Of a DNA stretch of 64,000 nucleotides, positions 33,916-46,965 are shown piece by piece. The notes below the pieces were generated by a model. It made no database searches, had not been told where the DNA came from, and saw nothing but the letters and a program-made list of their open reading frames with translations. The first letter of the stretch is position 1. Each line of letters starts with the position of its first letter. The stretch is from assembly GCF_009914755.1 (NCBI RefSeq), contig NC_060928.1, one strand, 5' to 3'. The DNA is from the human T2T-CHM13v2.0 reference genome, Homo sapiens. Both the position numbers and the translations under genes were made by a program.

Positions 33916-34483
33916 TCCCTCTCCTGTGCTCTCTCTTGATAGACACACAGATAGATGGTGCTGTAATTTGTACCTAAGTTCCTTTCACTTGTCAACCTTA
34001 CAAGAAGAAAAATATGACTGCTGCCTTATTTCAGGAGAAAGAAATCTAACAATATGACCTGTTTTATGTCTTTTAATAAAAAGCAATATATTTGGGTTGC
34101 AAAGGAGACCTTCAAAAATAACATAACATTACCCTTCATATTTTGTCAGTAATTCATTATCTCATTCTTTCTTTGTAAGTTTAGAAGTCTTAACTTCTTG
34201 GTCTTGTTCATCTCAGATATTAGTGTTCTTGCTTTAGCTATTGCAGTTTGAGAGGGTCACTCAAATAGCCACAGGTTCTCTTAGTGCTAACAGATACTAA
34301 TAAATAAATCAAATGGTATTGATTTTATGTCCCCAGTGTGCATAATTAAGATCACTCCTCTTACTTGCTGGTGTTGTAAATACGGAGCATTGGCTAAAGG
34401 TGAGTCCAACTGAGAATGCATGAATAAGTGCACAGCTTTGTCAGCACTGTCAGAAAAAAAGAAACAACTGAAGGTACCTATTT

Positions 34484-35101
34484 TTGTTGTTGTTGTTATA
34501 GTTTTTTGGCTTTTATTTTAGATACAGGGGTACTTGTGTAGATTTGTTACATGGGTGTATTACATCCAGGTAGTGAGCATAATACCCAATAGGTGGTTTT
34601 CAACTCATGTCCCCCTGTCTCTTTCCCTTCACAGTGTCTATTGTTTCCATCTTTATGCCTATATATGCTCAATGTTTAACTACCACTTACAAGTGAGAAC
34701 ATGTAGTATGGTAACTGGTTTCCTGTTCCTTCATTAATTCATTTAGGATTATGGCCTCCAGCTGCATTCATGTTGCTGCAAAGGATATGAATTCATTCTT
34801 TTTTGTGGCTGCGTAATATTCCATAGGGTATATGTACCATGCTTTGTCCAATCCACCATTGCTGGGCATCTAGATTGATTCCATGTCTTTGCTATTGTGA
34901 ATAGCATGGCAACGACCATATGAATGCATGTATCTTTTTGGTATTATAATCTATTTTCCTTTGGATGTATACCCAGTAATGGGGATTGCTGGGTCTGCTG
35001 GGTCAAATGGTAGCTCCATTTTCAATTCTTTGAGAAATCCTCAAACTGCTTTCCACAGTGGCTGAACTAGTTTACATTCCCACCAACAGTGTATAAGCAT
35101 T
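34484..35101 (-). mobile_element. 5'-truncated L1PA15/16-like 3' end
   Basis: 3'UTR and ORF2 C-terminus; degenerate TSD tgaaggtacctattt (34469-34483) / tgaaggtgcatattt (35102-35116). Confidence 0.88.
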
Positions 35102-37554
35102 TGAAGGTGCATATTTAATAGCCATATGGGTTGGTAGTGTCACTTATCTCATTAAACAAATAATTTTCTTCTGTGTTCTCCAAATCAATGTTTAGTTTTT
35201 TTCTGTTACCTAGTACAGAAAGAGAAATGTGTCATTGGATAGTGTGAGTATATATACTCTAAATTAACATTTGAGGGTATAAGGATATTTCTAATAAAAG
35301 CAAGTGAAAAACCATGAATTCTTACTGATGGAGTTATTTCAGTATTAAGTTTCTTACATTAACATGGCTTTTTTTTTGTTCAGTGTGGATTTGACTAAAG
35401 GGTGTTTGAGTTTTTAAGAATTTAACATGAGTAAGTCAATATAATGATTTATTTGACCCTTACACAGCAGTCTTTAATAACAAAAAACACACACACACAC
35501 ACACTTTTTTTGAGTGCCTGCCTGGAGTTAAAAACAGAACAGTGCTTATTGGTGTTGGGGGGACAAGGTTGTGTGTTACAGCAGCCCTCTCCTGATAGCT
35601 AAATGCAGGAGATGCAAAATTGTGGGGGTTTTTGGTTTTGTCTATGACTTCTCTCTTCCAGTGTTACTGCCCAGTTACCTGGATGCTAGGTCACTTGGCA
35701 TGCCTACACTCTGGGTTGCGTCAATCCCTGCACCTGGTGTTATCAAAAGTTATCTGTTGCATGGTCTCTCACCAGGGTGTTTTTCCCATTATCCAAAATG
35801 GTAGCCAGCTATTCTGGTCAAAAGAAATATGTACAGAAGTCTCCCTGTCCTTCTCCTGTATATATATATATCTTTTTTTTTTTCAAGTCACCTTTGGAGA
35901 GCAGAACATAAACCCAAGGGAGTGAAAGCAGTAAGTATAGATTAGTGATTCTGTATGGCTTTCCTGATATCATACTGTGTGCATATCCGCCTGCATTTTC
36001 ATAAGGTTCAATCTACATATGGTAAATGAACATATTGGTCCCACTTGATGGTCATTGCAAAAATTAAGATCGCAAACCTGAAATTAAAAAAAAAAACAAG
36101 TGTTAAATCTATTACATATTTATTTCATTCTTCTTTTTGGCAGTTCTAATGCAAGTGAGATAAATCATAGTACAAGTAGAAATGCATGTATGATAGATTA
36201 TGCTTTATAATTAGACCCCCGTTTTGTGTCATATTCATTAGTACACTGGCAATTTTTATTTTAATTATTTAAAAATTTAGAATAATTCAGTGATTATTGC
36301 TACATGTTCCTGACTTTTGAACACTTATTCATTTATTAACTCAGATTTCTTGAGTCCTTTTTGTGCTGCAGGCTCTAAGTTAATATAAGGGGCATGGAGA
36401 TTTTTATGAAGAGAAAAACAAATGGATCATTTGGGACTTACAAGTGGTTAACTAGTCATTATACAAATCTTGCTTTATGTATTAGTGAAATGAAAGAAGA
36501 GAAAAATAAAGCACACACACAAGCAATAAGAAAACGAACATTAGCAAAAATTTAACCTGGAGTATATCAGCTTTCCAAACTCCAAATCAAAATGGATCCT
36601 TGGGCAGATGCCCACCTTTGCTGTGCTGCTTCCTCATTTACACTATCACCTTATGCATCTTTAATAAAAAGGTTTCCTCATAGAGCTCACCCCATTGATA
36701 ACCAGCCCTGCAAGGCAGATGGCAAATTTGCGTTTAACCACACTCTGGAAGGTGCCCCACCCCATCATTTTTTGGTATCAAGTCAGTGGTTTCATGTTAT
36801 TAGCGAGACAGCATGGCTTGCCTCTTAACTACAACAAGGTGTTAGCCCAGTTTTAGTTATGTTCCTCATTTAGAAAGTAGATTTCGTTGTTTTATCCTGC
36901 AACATTGCAAAGGATTTCAACTTAACAAATGCTTGCAACTGCAATATATAACTTCCTTGTTTTCTGTGTAATGTTGTATATAATGTGTCTCCAAGGAGTC
37001 CAAGTGTTTAAATGAGTCATATTTGCTTTCTTTTCTGATTAACATTAAAATTAAAGGCTATGAAAATATAAATGTCCAGACAAATATATTATCCAAATTA
37101 GAATAAAATTAGGCTAAGAAATATAAAAACTATTACTCATCTACCACCTTTTCACCATTATCCTGTAGTTGCCAATAGCTCTCTTTTTTTTTTTTCCAAA
37201 ACTTGTTTTCTTTGTTCTAATAATGCTATTCCAGTGATTCTTTACTTAAGGTCAGTTTGGAACTTTCATAGACATGAACAAAGCTATGTTTCAGAGCAAA
37301 TTGTTTGAGTTCCTCTCACCGTCAATAAACAGTATTGAGTTATCTAGTCATTTTAATGTTGGCCTGCGTGTTATTGGTTACTGCATTGCGTTAGTCATAA
37401 ATAAGTGCCCCTTGGACTATAAGCTGTTTTATTTTGTCAACTCATTGTTTTTGTTTTTATTTTTTACTCAATTTGTGTCCTTTGAAGTGAACATACACTT
37501 TTCAGTTTTGCTATAAACCCCAGCAATCACTTTTACATGTAGCTTATTCATTTT

Positions 37555-37901
37555 TATTTTTATTTTATTTATTATTTCAATAGTTTTTGGGGAACAGGCA
37601 GTGTTTGGTTACATGGATAAGTTCTTTAGTGGTGACTTCTGAGATTTTGGTGCACCCGTCACCTGAGCAGTATACACTGTACCCAATGTGTAGTCTTTTA
37701 TCCCTCACCCCCCTCCCATCCCCCGAGTCCCCAAAGTCCATTATATCATTCTAATGCCTTTGTGTCCTCATAGCTTAGCTCCCACTTATAAGTGAGACAA
37801 TAACAATGTTTGGTTTTCCATTCCTCAGTTACTTCACTTAGATAATGATTTCTAACTCCATCCAGGTTGCTGTGAATGCCATTATCTTATTCCTTTTTAT
37901 G
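37555..37901 (-). mobile_element. 5'-truncated L1PB 3' end
   Basis: gagattttggtgcacccgtcacc; TSD tgtagc(t/c)tattcatttt at 37538-37554 and 37902-37918. Confidence 0.9.
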
Positions 37902-38079
37902 TGTAGCCTATTCATTTTAAATGCCTATACCTGGCTGGCATTCGTCACATTGGCTGTCTAAGTACTTATAAGAAAAAGGATAAACAGTAAAAATTAAAGA
38001 GTCAGAAAAGGTAAACATATGTTAATATAGCTTATGGGATGAATTACTTCACAGTAGAAACAACTGAGAAGAATAAGAA

Positions 38080-38560
38080 GGGGTCACCTATTGTTTGTGA
38101 AAAGTTCTGGGCCTTTGCAATTGATACTAGGAAAATTGATTGACGAAACTGAAAATATTTGAATGTGAGGCTAGAGGATCAGTATCAAAGTTGAAAGATT
38201 GTTAGGTTATTGTGCATTCAGACAGCTAGGAGTCTTTTGGAGGAGTTAAAAGCCAAGCATGGTGAAAATGAGATTGACAAGATTATTACTTTAGATTACA
38301 GCGAGTTCTATAGGTTCAAGGCCTGTTTGAATGTGCACAACATCAAAGTGAAGACAGAGGCTGCAAGTGCTGATAATGTAATTTCTTAGAAGAAGGATAG
38401 TTCACCCAATAAAGATGAAATTAATCTATTTTTGGGAAAGTATGTCACAAGAATGTACATTAGGTGGCAAATAGTATGCAAGATGTTAAAGCTTTGAAGG
38501 ACAAATTCAAACTTCCACTGGATAAGGATTGCAAATTTAAGCCTCTTTTATGTCAAACAG
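38080..38560 (+). mobile_element. Tigger/pogo transposase pseudogene remnant
   Basis: 38306-38374 encodes FYRFKACLNVHNIKVKTEAASAD; downstream DEINLF and KDKFKL..DCKFKPLL match pogo/Tigger (CENP-B/DDE_1) motifs. Confidence 0.75.
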
Positions 38561-38744
38561 CTTTTCACCTTCAGATTATTTCACAGGTTGCAGAGTTTGT
38601 GTGGGAGGATAGAAGAATAGAAAATGTATCCATTGCCATAGCCCTGGTGGTATTATAAATCATGGCAAAAATAATCATTTATTACTTCAATCCTAACAAT
38701 ACTGCAGTTACATTTTTGATGTGTGTTAAAAATATATTTTTCAT

Positions 38745-40005
38745 TAAAAATTGTGGTTAAATATACATAAATGAAATTTACTGTCTTAACCATGTGAAAG
38801 CGTATGGCTCTATACCATTAAGTACATTCATGTTATTGTGCAACCATTATCACCATTCATCTTCAGAACTTTTTCATCTTCCCCAACTGAAACTGTACCT
38901 CTATGCACTAAGTTCCTATTGCTTCTTTCCCTAGCCCCTGGCAAACACCATTCTACTTTCCATCTCTATAAATTTGACTACTTTAGGTGCCTCATATAAG
39001 TAGAATAATACAATATTTGTTCTTTTATGAATGGCTTATTTCACGTAGCATGATGTTTTCAAAGTTCCTCCAAGTTATAGCACGTGTCAGAATTTCCTTC
39101 ATTTTTAACTTTGAATAATATTTCATCATATGTATATCCCATATTTTCCTTATCCATTCTTCTGTTGATGGTTGATGGATAGTTAGTTAGTTTCCACCTT
39201 TTGGCTATTATAAATACGTAATGCTGCCATGAACATGGGTATACAAATATCTGTTCAAGTCCCTGCTTTAATTCTTTTGAGTATATTCTCAGATGTGGAA
39301 CTACAGGGTCATATAGTAATTCTATTTTTAATTCTTTGAGGAGCAACCATATCATTGTCCATAGTGGCTGCACCATTTCACCTTCCTACCAGCAATACAC
39401 AAGGGTTCCAATTTCTGCACATCCTCCCCAAGTTATTGTCCTCTTTTTGATAATAGCTATTCTAATTAATGTGAAGTGAGATCTCACTATGGTTTTGATT
39501 TACATTTCCTTAATGATTAGTGATATTGAACATATTTTCATGTGTTTATTGGCCCTTTGTATATCTTCTTTGGATAAACGTCCATTCAAGTCTTTTGCCC
39601 ATTTTAAAATCAGGGTTTTTTTTGTTGTTGAGTTGGAGTTCTTTATATATTCTGGATGTTGATCCCTTATCAGATATATAATTTGCAAATATTTTTCTCC
39701 CATTCGGTAGACTGTCATTTCACTCTATTGATGGTGTCCCTTGATGCACAAAAATTTTTAATTTTGATGACGTTTATTCATTTATTGTTTCACTTGTTGC
39801 CTGTGCTTTTGGTGTCTCTCAAGAAATCATTGCCAAACACAATGATATGAAGATTTTGCTCTGTTTTTTCTTCTACTAGTTTTATAGTTTTCATTCTTAC
39901 ATTGAGTTTTTAATTCAGTTTGAGTTACTTTTTGTAAATGGTTGAAGGAAAGGGTCCAGCTTCATTTTTTTGCATGTGGCTATCCATTTCCAACATTTGC
40001 TGAAT
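38745..40005 (-). mobile_element. L1MB-type 3' region
   Basis: cattaagtacattcatgttattgtgcaacc 3'UTR; ORF2 C-terminal fragments in ORFs 39059..39376 and 39500..39718. Confidence 0.85.
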
Positions 40006-41077
40006 GTCTTTCAATTTTAAAGAAAAATTCTCATGTATCGTATGCCTTTTGGTCTATAATTAATGCTTGCTTATATTTGATAATTTAAGTTTAATGTTAA
40101 AAAGATTAGCACATACTCTCTAGCAATACTGGATAAACACACACACACAATAAACATAAAGTCACAAGAGTTGTGTTTGCATGAGATATCACTTGGCTTC
40201 TTGGGGAAAAATATAGCAAATAAGACATTACTGGACAGATAGTCATCATCAAATTTTAGAGAAAGACTTTCCTAACATTTTAAGAAGTTGAGAAACCTCT
40301 TGGAGTTAGAGAAAAGCAAAGATAAGTGTCCTGCTTTAGCATTATAATTTAATTTCTACTGTGTATTTTTGTGATTATAAGAATAAATAATTATTTAATC
40401 AATCACAATATTTTCAAAATAAAATGGTTGTGGGCCACAGAGTTCTAGAATTTAATACCATAACTCTATTTACCAACAACTCTGATGCACATATTTTATG
40501 ATTGGATATATAATTTATTTGAAATAAATTTATGATAATTTTACCTTTGACAGCTTTTCTTTAATAACTTTACATGTACTTTTAGATACTTTTAATTAAA
40601 ATTTTATCATGATAATATAATTATTATAAATAAATATGTTGATACATTGGATATTCTTTAAATATATGAATATAAACTTCTTTCAGTAAGGAATCTCATA
40701 ACATCTAAGGGTTAGTTTATAATTGTTTTTAGAATATTCAAATCATTGTATATTTTTCCCTATCTTTCTTTTCTTGCCTCATAGCTTCAATTTCTCTTTT
40801 AGAGATTGCTATGTTCAGTTTTGGGGTATACATTCCTCCATTGCTTTAGCTGACTCCTTCAAAAAGCTTTATTTCCTTTTGTGGTTTGTAATCTTTGTGA
40901 GCTAGTCTTCAGGAGAAGCTGTTTTTCTTGGGAGTCAAGAATATTCTGCACTATGGATGTCTACCCTTAATTGTTTTGATTTTGTCTCTGCAGAAGCCTC
41001 AACTGCATTGTAAAATTTACCTTGCACCTTATCTCACTAGATGCTTAAAATTTAATTTCTCCAAGAAGACTTCATCA

Positions 41078-41335
41078 TCTCCTCTATTCTTGGCTTGTAG
41101 ATGACCAACTTCTCCTGATGTCTTCAGATGGCCTTCCTTCTGTGTGTGTCTGCATTCTAATTTCCTCTTCTTCTAAGAACACCAATCACATTTGATTAGG
41201 GTCTACCCTAATGACTTCATTTTAACTAAACCACCTCTTTCAAGACCCTATCTCCAAACACAGTCACATTCTGAGCTATGGGGCATTAGGACTTCTGCAT
41301 ACAAATTTGGGGAGGACACAATTCAGCCCATAACG
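41078..41335 (-). mobile_element. MLT1A-like LTR (partial)
   Basis: gaccctatctccaaacacagtcacattctgag...gacacaattcagcccataac. Confidence 0.8.
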
Positions 41336-41389
41336 GATACCAACCAGTTATTCAAGCCAGAACTCTGGTCATTGTGCCTAGAGTTTACT

Positions 41390-42335
41390 TTACTTTATTT
41401 ACTTTATTTACTTTCTCATTTCAAGTAGTCACCATTGATTCTACTTCCTAAGTATCTCAAATTTATCAATTTCTGTGAATCTTCACTGCTACTTTTCAAC
41501 TTTGGCCATCATCATTTTTACCTCTAGATAATAGTAATAACCTCCTTACTGGTTTGTTTCTCTCCAGTATTGCATTCCTTTACTCTTTCTTCCACATGAC
41601 AGAGTAATTTTTTAAAATATAATTCTTATGATTATATCTTTATCTATCCCTGCTGAAAATCCCTCAAAAGTCTAAAATCCTTTTCATTGCTTAGAAAGCT
41701 TTGATCTGAATGACACCTGCTTTTCTCTTCAGTCCCATTTTTTGTTTTATACTTTTATTAAACCATTTTCAGTTCTCTGTTGAGGGCATAGTTTCTTTCT
41801 CCAGCCTCTGGTCATTAGCATCTTGTTCTTTATATTTGGATTGTTCTCCTCCCTCCCTTTCTCCTTACTTTTGATAATTCCTTATCCTTTAGGTTTTGGC
41901 ATAAAAGTTATTTCTACCAGTAAAAATTCCATCATTCTTTAAGTTAGTGGCCCATTCAAGTGTCCCACCACCATATCAACTAATGTGCCAAATTGCAATT
42001 GCCTGTTTATTGGCTGCATAACCCTTGATTCTGTAAGCTCTGTTAAAGCAAGGATTATTTTTATAGTTTACAGTTGTGTCACTAGTACCTAACTCATAGT
42101 AGGCACTTAACAAATGTTGATACTTGGCATATTCCGTATCGTTATTTCAAAATAGTGGATCAAATGGTAACTTGTTTTCCTAATCATGCTACTTAAAATT
42201 TCATCCTTACTTTCCCTTCCTTGCTTTACTTTTTACAGAAGTATCACTATCTGCACATATACATATATGTATTTTATTAATTTATTAATTGATTGCTTGA
42301 TTGTCTCTCTCTCCCCCCTCTCTAAGTATAGAGAT
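41390..42335 (+). mobile_element. L2 fragments
   Basis: ggccatcatcatt...aataacctccttactggt; ctgtaagctctg...catagtaggcacttaacaaatgttga. Confidence 0.6.
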
Positions 42336-42657
42336 TATACTCTAGTGTTGTTCTTTTTGCTTAGGATAGCTTTGGCTATTCTGGGTCTTTTGTGGTTCCA
42401 TACAAATTTCAGGATTGTTTTTTTCGAATTCTATGAAGAATGTCATTGGTATTTTTATAGGGATTGAATTGGATCTGTATATTGCTTAGAGGAGTATGGA
42501 TATTTTAACAATATTACTATTTTTAGTCCATGAACATGGAAGATTTTTCTAGCTTTTTGTGTCCTTTTCAATTTCTTTCATCAGTGTTTTATGGTTATAA
42601 TTATAGAGCTCTTTCACTTCTTTGATTAATTCTAGGCATTTAATTTTATTTGAGGCT

Positions 42658-43011
42658 TGCATTAATCCATTTTCACACTGCTATAAAGAAGTACTTGAGA
42701 CTGGGTAATTTATGAAAAAAATATTTAATTGACTCACAGTTTTGCATGGCTGGGGGGCCTCAGGAAACTTACAATCATGGCAGAAGGGGAAGAGAAAGCA
42801 AGGCACGTCTTACGTGATGGCAGGAGGGGTGGGAACTACCATACACTTTTAAACCATCAGACCTCATGAGAATCCACTCCATACCACCAGAACAGCCTGA
42901 AGGAAACTGCCTTCCATAACACAATCACCTCCCACCAGGTCCCTCCCTTGACATACGAAGATTAAAATTTGAGATGAGATTTGGGTGGGGACACAGAGCC
43001 AAACCATATCA
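42658..43011 (-). mobile_element. MSTA-like MaLR solo LTR
   Basis: tg...ca ends; gactgggtaatttat, ggggacacagagccaaaccatatca; 5-bp TSD aggct at 42653-42657 and 43012-43016. Confidence 0.92.
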
Positions 43012-46000
43012 AGGCTCTTATAAATTGGATTATTTTTTAAATTTCTTTTTCAGAATGCTCACTGTTGGCATATAGAAATGCTACTGATACTTGTGGGTTG
43101 ATTTTTTTTATCCTGCAAGTTTACAGAATTTGTTTATCAGTTCTAATAGTTTTTCGTGGAATCTTTATGTTTTTCTAATATAATATTACATCTTCTGCAA
43201 ACAAGGATAATTTGACTTCTTTCATTCCAATTTGTATGCCCTTTAATTACTTTCTCTTGTCTGGCAGCTCTAGCTAGGACTGCCAGTACTATGTTGAATA
43301 ACAGTGTTAAAGTTGGCATCCTTTTCATGTTCCAGATGGTTAAAGTGGGCAGCCTTGTGATGTTCCAGATCTTAGGGGAATGACTTTCAGTTTTCCCCAT
43401 TTAGTATGATACTAGCTGTGGGTCTGTCATATATGGCTTTCATTATGTTGAGCTTTATTCCTTCTAGCCCCAGTCTTTTGAGGATTTTTTTTTTATCATG
43501 ATGGGATGTTGAATTTTATCAAATGCTTTTTCAGCATCAATTTAAATAAAAATCATATGATTTTTATTCTTCATTCCATTGTATTACACTGATTGATATG
43601 CCTATGTTGAACCATCCTTGCATCTCTGGGATAAATTCCACCTGGTCATGGTAAATAATCTTACTAATATATTATTAAATTTGGTTTGCTAGTATTTTAT
43701 TGAGGATTTTTGCATCAATATTCATCAGATATTTTTTTAAATGTATCTTTGTCTAGTTTGGGTATCAGGGTAAAACTGGTCTTGTGGAATGAGTTTAGAA
43801 GAATTCCCTTCTTCTTTGTTTTTTGGAATAGTTTGAGTAGGCTTGGCATTAGTTCTTCAGATGTTTGGTACAATTCAGCAGTGAAGCCATTGGGTCCCAG
43901 GCTTCCCATTGCTGGGAAACTTTTTATTATGGCTTTGATCTGTTATTGTTATTGGTCTGTTCAGGTTTTGGATTTTTTCCTGGTTCAATTTTAGTAGGTT
44001 GTTTGTGTCTATGAATTTGTGCATTTCTCCTAGATTTTCCAAATTGTTAGTGTATACTTGCTCATGGTAGCCACTAATGTTCCTTTGAATATCTGGAATA
44101 TCAGTTGTAATGTCTTTTCTTTCATTTCTGATTTTATTTGGATCTTTTCCCTTTATTTCTTAATGTAGCTAAACGATTGTCAATTTTATCTTTTCCAAAA
44201 GAACCCACTTTTTATTTCAATGGTATTTTGTATTGTTTTCTTCATTTCAATTTCATTTATTCCTGCTCTGATCTTTATTGTTTCTTTTCTAATTTTGGGT
44301 TTGGTTTGCTCTTGCTTTTTTAATTCTTTAAGGTGCATCATTAGATTGTTTATTTGAAGTTTTTTCTCTTTGTGGTTGTAGGTGCTTATAGTTAAAACTG
44401 CTTTCTCAATACCGCTTTTGCTGTATCCCCTAGATTTGGCATGTTGTGTTTCCATTATCATTTGTTTCAAGGAAGTTTTCAATTCCCATCCCAGTTTCTA
44501 TATTGGCCGAGTGGTCATTCAGGAACATAATGTTTAATTTCCATGTATTTGTATAATTTCCAAAATTCCTCTTTTTATCAATTTCTACTTTTATTCCATT
44601 GTGGTCAGAGAAAATGCTTCATATTATTTCAATTTTTTGAATGTCTTAAGGTTTGTTTTGTGACCTAATATATGGTCTGTCCTGAGACTAAGGCATATTT
44701 TGAGGAGAATGTGTATTCTGTAGCAATTGGTTGAAATATTCTGTAAATATTTATTAGATCCATCTCGTCTACACTGCAGATTATGTGTGATGTTTCTTTG
44801 TTGGTTTTCTGTCTGAAAAATTTATCCAATGCTGAAAGTTGGGGGTGTCGAAGTCTCTAGCTATTATTGTGTTGGAACCTATCTCTCTCCTTTAACTCTA
44901 ATAATATTTGCCCTATATATCTGGGTGCTCCAGAGTTGGGTGCATATATATTTAAAATAGTTATATCCACTTGCTGAATTGACTTGTTTATCATTATATA
45001 GTGACTTTCTTTGTCTCTTCTTTTTTTTCTTTATTTTTATTTTTTATTATACTTTAAGTTCCAGGGTACATGTGCACAACGTGCAGGTTTCTTACATAGG
45101 TATACATGTGCCATATTGGTTTGCCGCACCCATTAACTCGTCATTTACACTGGGTATTTCTCCTAATGCTATCCCTCCCCCAGCCCCCCACCCCACGACA
45201 GGACCCGGTGTGTGATGTTCCCCTCCCTGTGTCTAAGTGTTCTCATTGTTCAATTTCCACCTATGAGTGAGAACATACAGTGTATGGTTTTCTGTCCTTG
45301 TGATAGTTTGCTGAGAATGATGGTTTCCAGCTTCATCCATGACCCTGCAAAGGACATGAACTGATCCTTGTTTATGGCTGCATAGTATTGCATGATGGAT
45401 ATGTGCCACATTTTCTTAATCCAGTCTATTATTGATGGACATTTGGGTTGGTTCCAAGTCTTTGCTATTGGGGGGTAGTGCCGCAATAAACATACATGTG
45501 CATGTGTCTTTATAGTAGCATGATTTACAATCATTTGGGTATAAACCCAGTAATGGGATCACTGGGTCAAATGGTATTTCTAGTTCTAGATCCTTGAGGA
45601 ATCGTCACACTGTCTTCCACAATGGTTGAACTAATTTACACTCCCACCAACAGTGTAACAGCATTCCTATTTCTCCACATCCTCTCCAGCATCTGTTGTT
45701 TCCTGATGTTTTAATGATTGTCATTCTTACTGGTAAGATTGTATCTCATTGTGGTTTTGATTTGCATTTCTCTGATGACCAGTGATGATGAGCATTTTTT
45801 CATGTGTCTGTGGGCTGCATATGTCGTCTTTTGAGAAGTGTCTGTTCATATCCTTCACCCACTTTTTGATGGGGTTGTTTGTTTTTTTTCTTGTAATTTT
45901 GTATGAGTTCTTTGTACATTCTGGATATTAGCCCTTTGTCAGATGGGTAGATTGCAAAAATTTTCTCCCATTCTGTAGGTTGCCTCTTCACTCTGATGGT

Positions 46001-46389
46001 AGTTTCTTTTGCTGTGCAGAAGCTCCTTAGTTTAATTAGATCCCATTTGTCAATTTTGACTTTTGTTGCCATTGCTTTTGGAGTTTTAGTCATGAAGTCT
46101 TTGCCAATGCCTATGTCCTGAATGGTATTGCCTAGGTTTTCTTCTAGGGTTTTTATGATTTCAGGTCTAACATGTAAGTCTTTAATCCATTTTGAATTCG
46201 TTTTTGTATAAGGTATAAGGAAGGGATCCAGTTTCAGCTTTCTACGTATGGCTAGCCAGTTTTCCCAGCACCGTTTATTAAATAGGGAATACTTTCCCCA
46301 TTTCTTGTTTTTGTCTGGTTTGTCAAAGATCAGATGGTCGTAGATGTGTGGTGTTATTTCTGAGGTTTCTGTTCTGTTCCGTTGGTCTA

Positions 46390-46527
<138 letters not shown>

Positions 46528-46863
46528 TCATATGAACTTTAAAGTAGTTTTTTCCAATTCTGTGAAGAAAGACATTGGTAGCTTGATGGGGATGGCATTG
46601 AATCTATAAATTACCTTGGCCAGTATGGCCATTTTCACGACATTGATTCTTTCTATCTATGAGCATTGAATGCTCTTCCATTTGTTTGTATCCTCTTTTA
46701 TTTCATTGAGCAGTGGTTTGTAGTTCTCCTTGAAGAGGTCCTTCACATCCCTTGTAAGTTGGATTCCTAGGTATATTATTCTCTTTGTAGCAATTGTGAA
46801 TGGGAGTTCACTCATGATTTGGCTCTCTGTTTGTCTGTTATTTGTGTATAGGAATGCTTGTCA

Positions 46864-46965
<102 letters not shown>

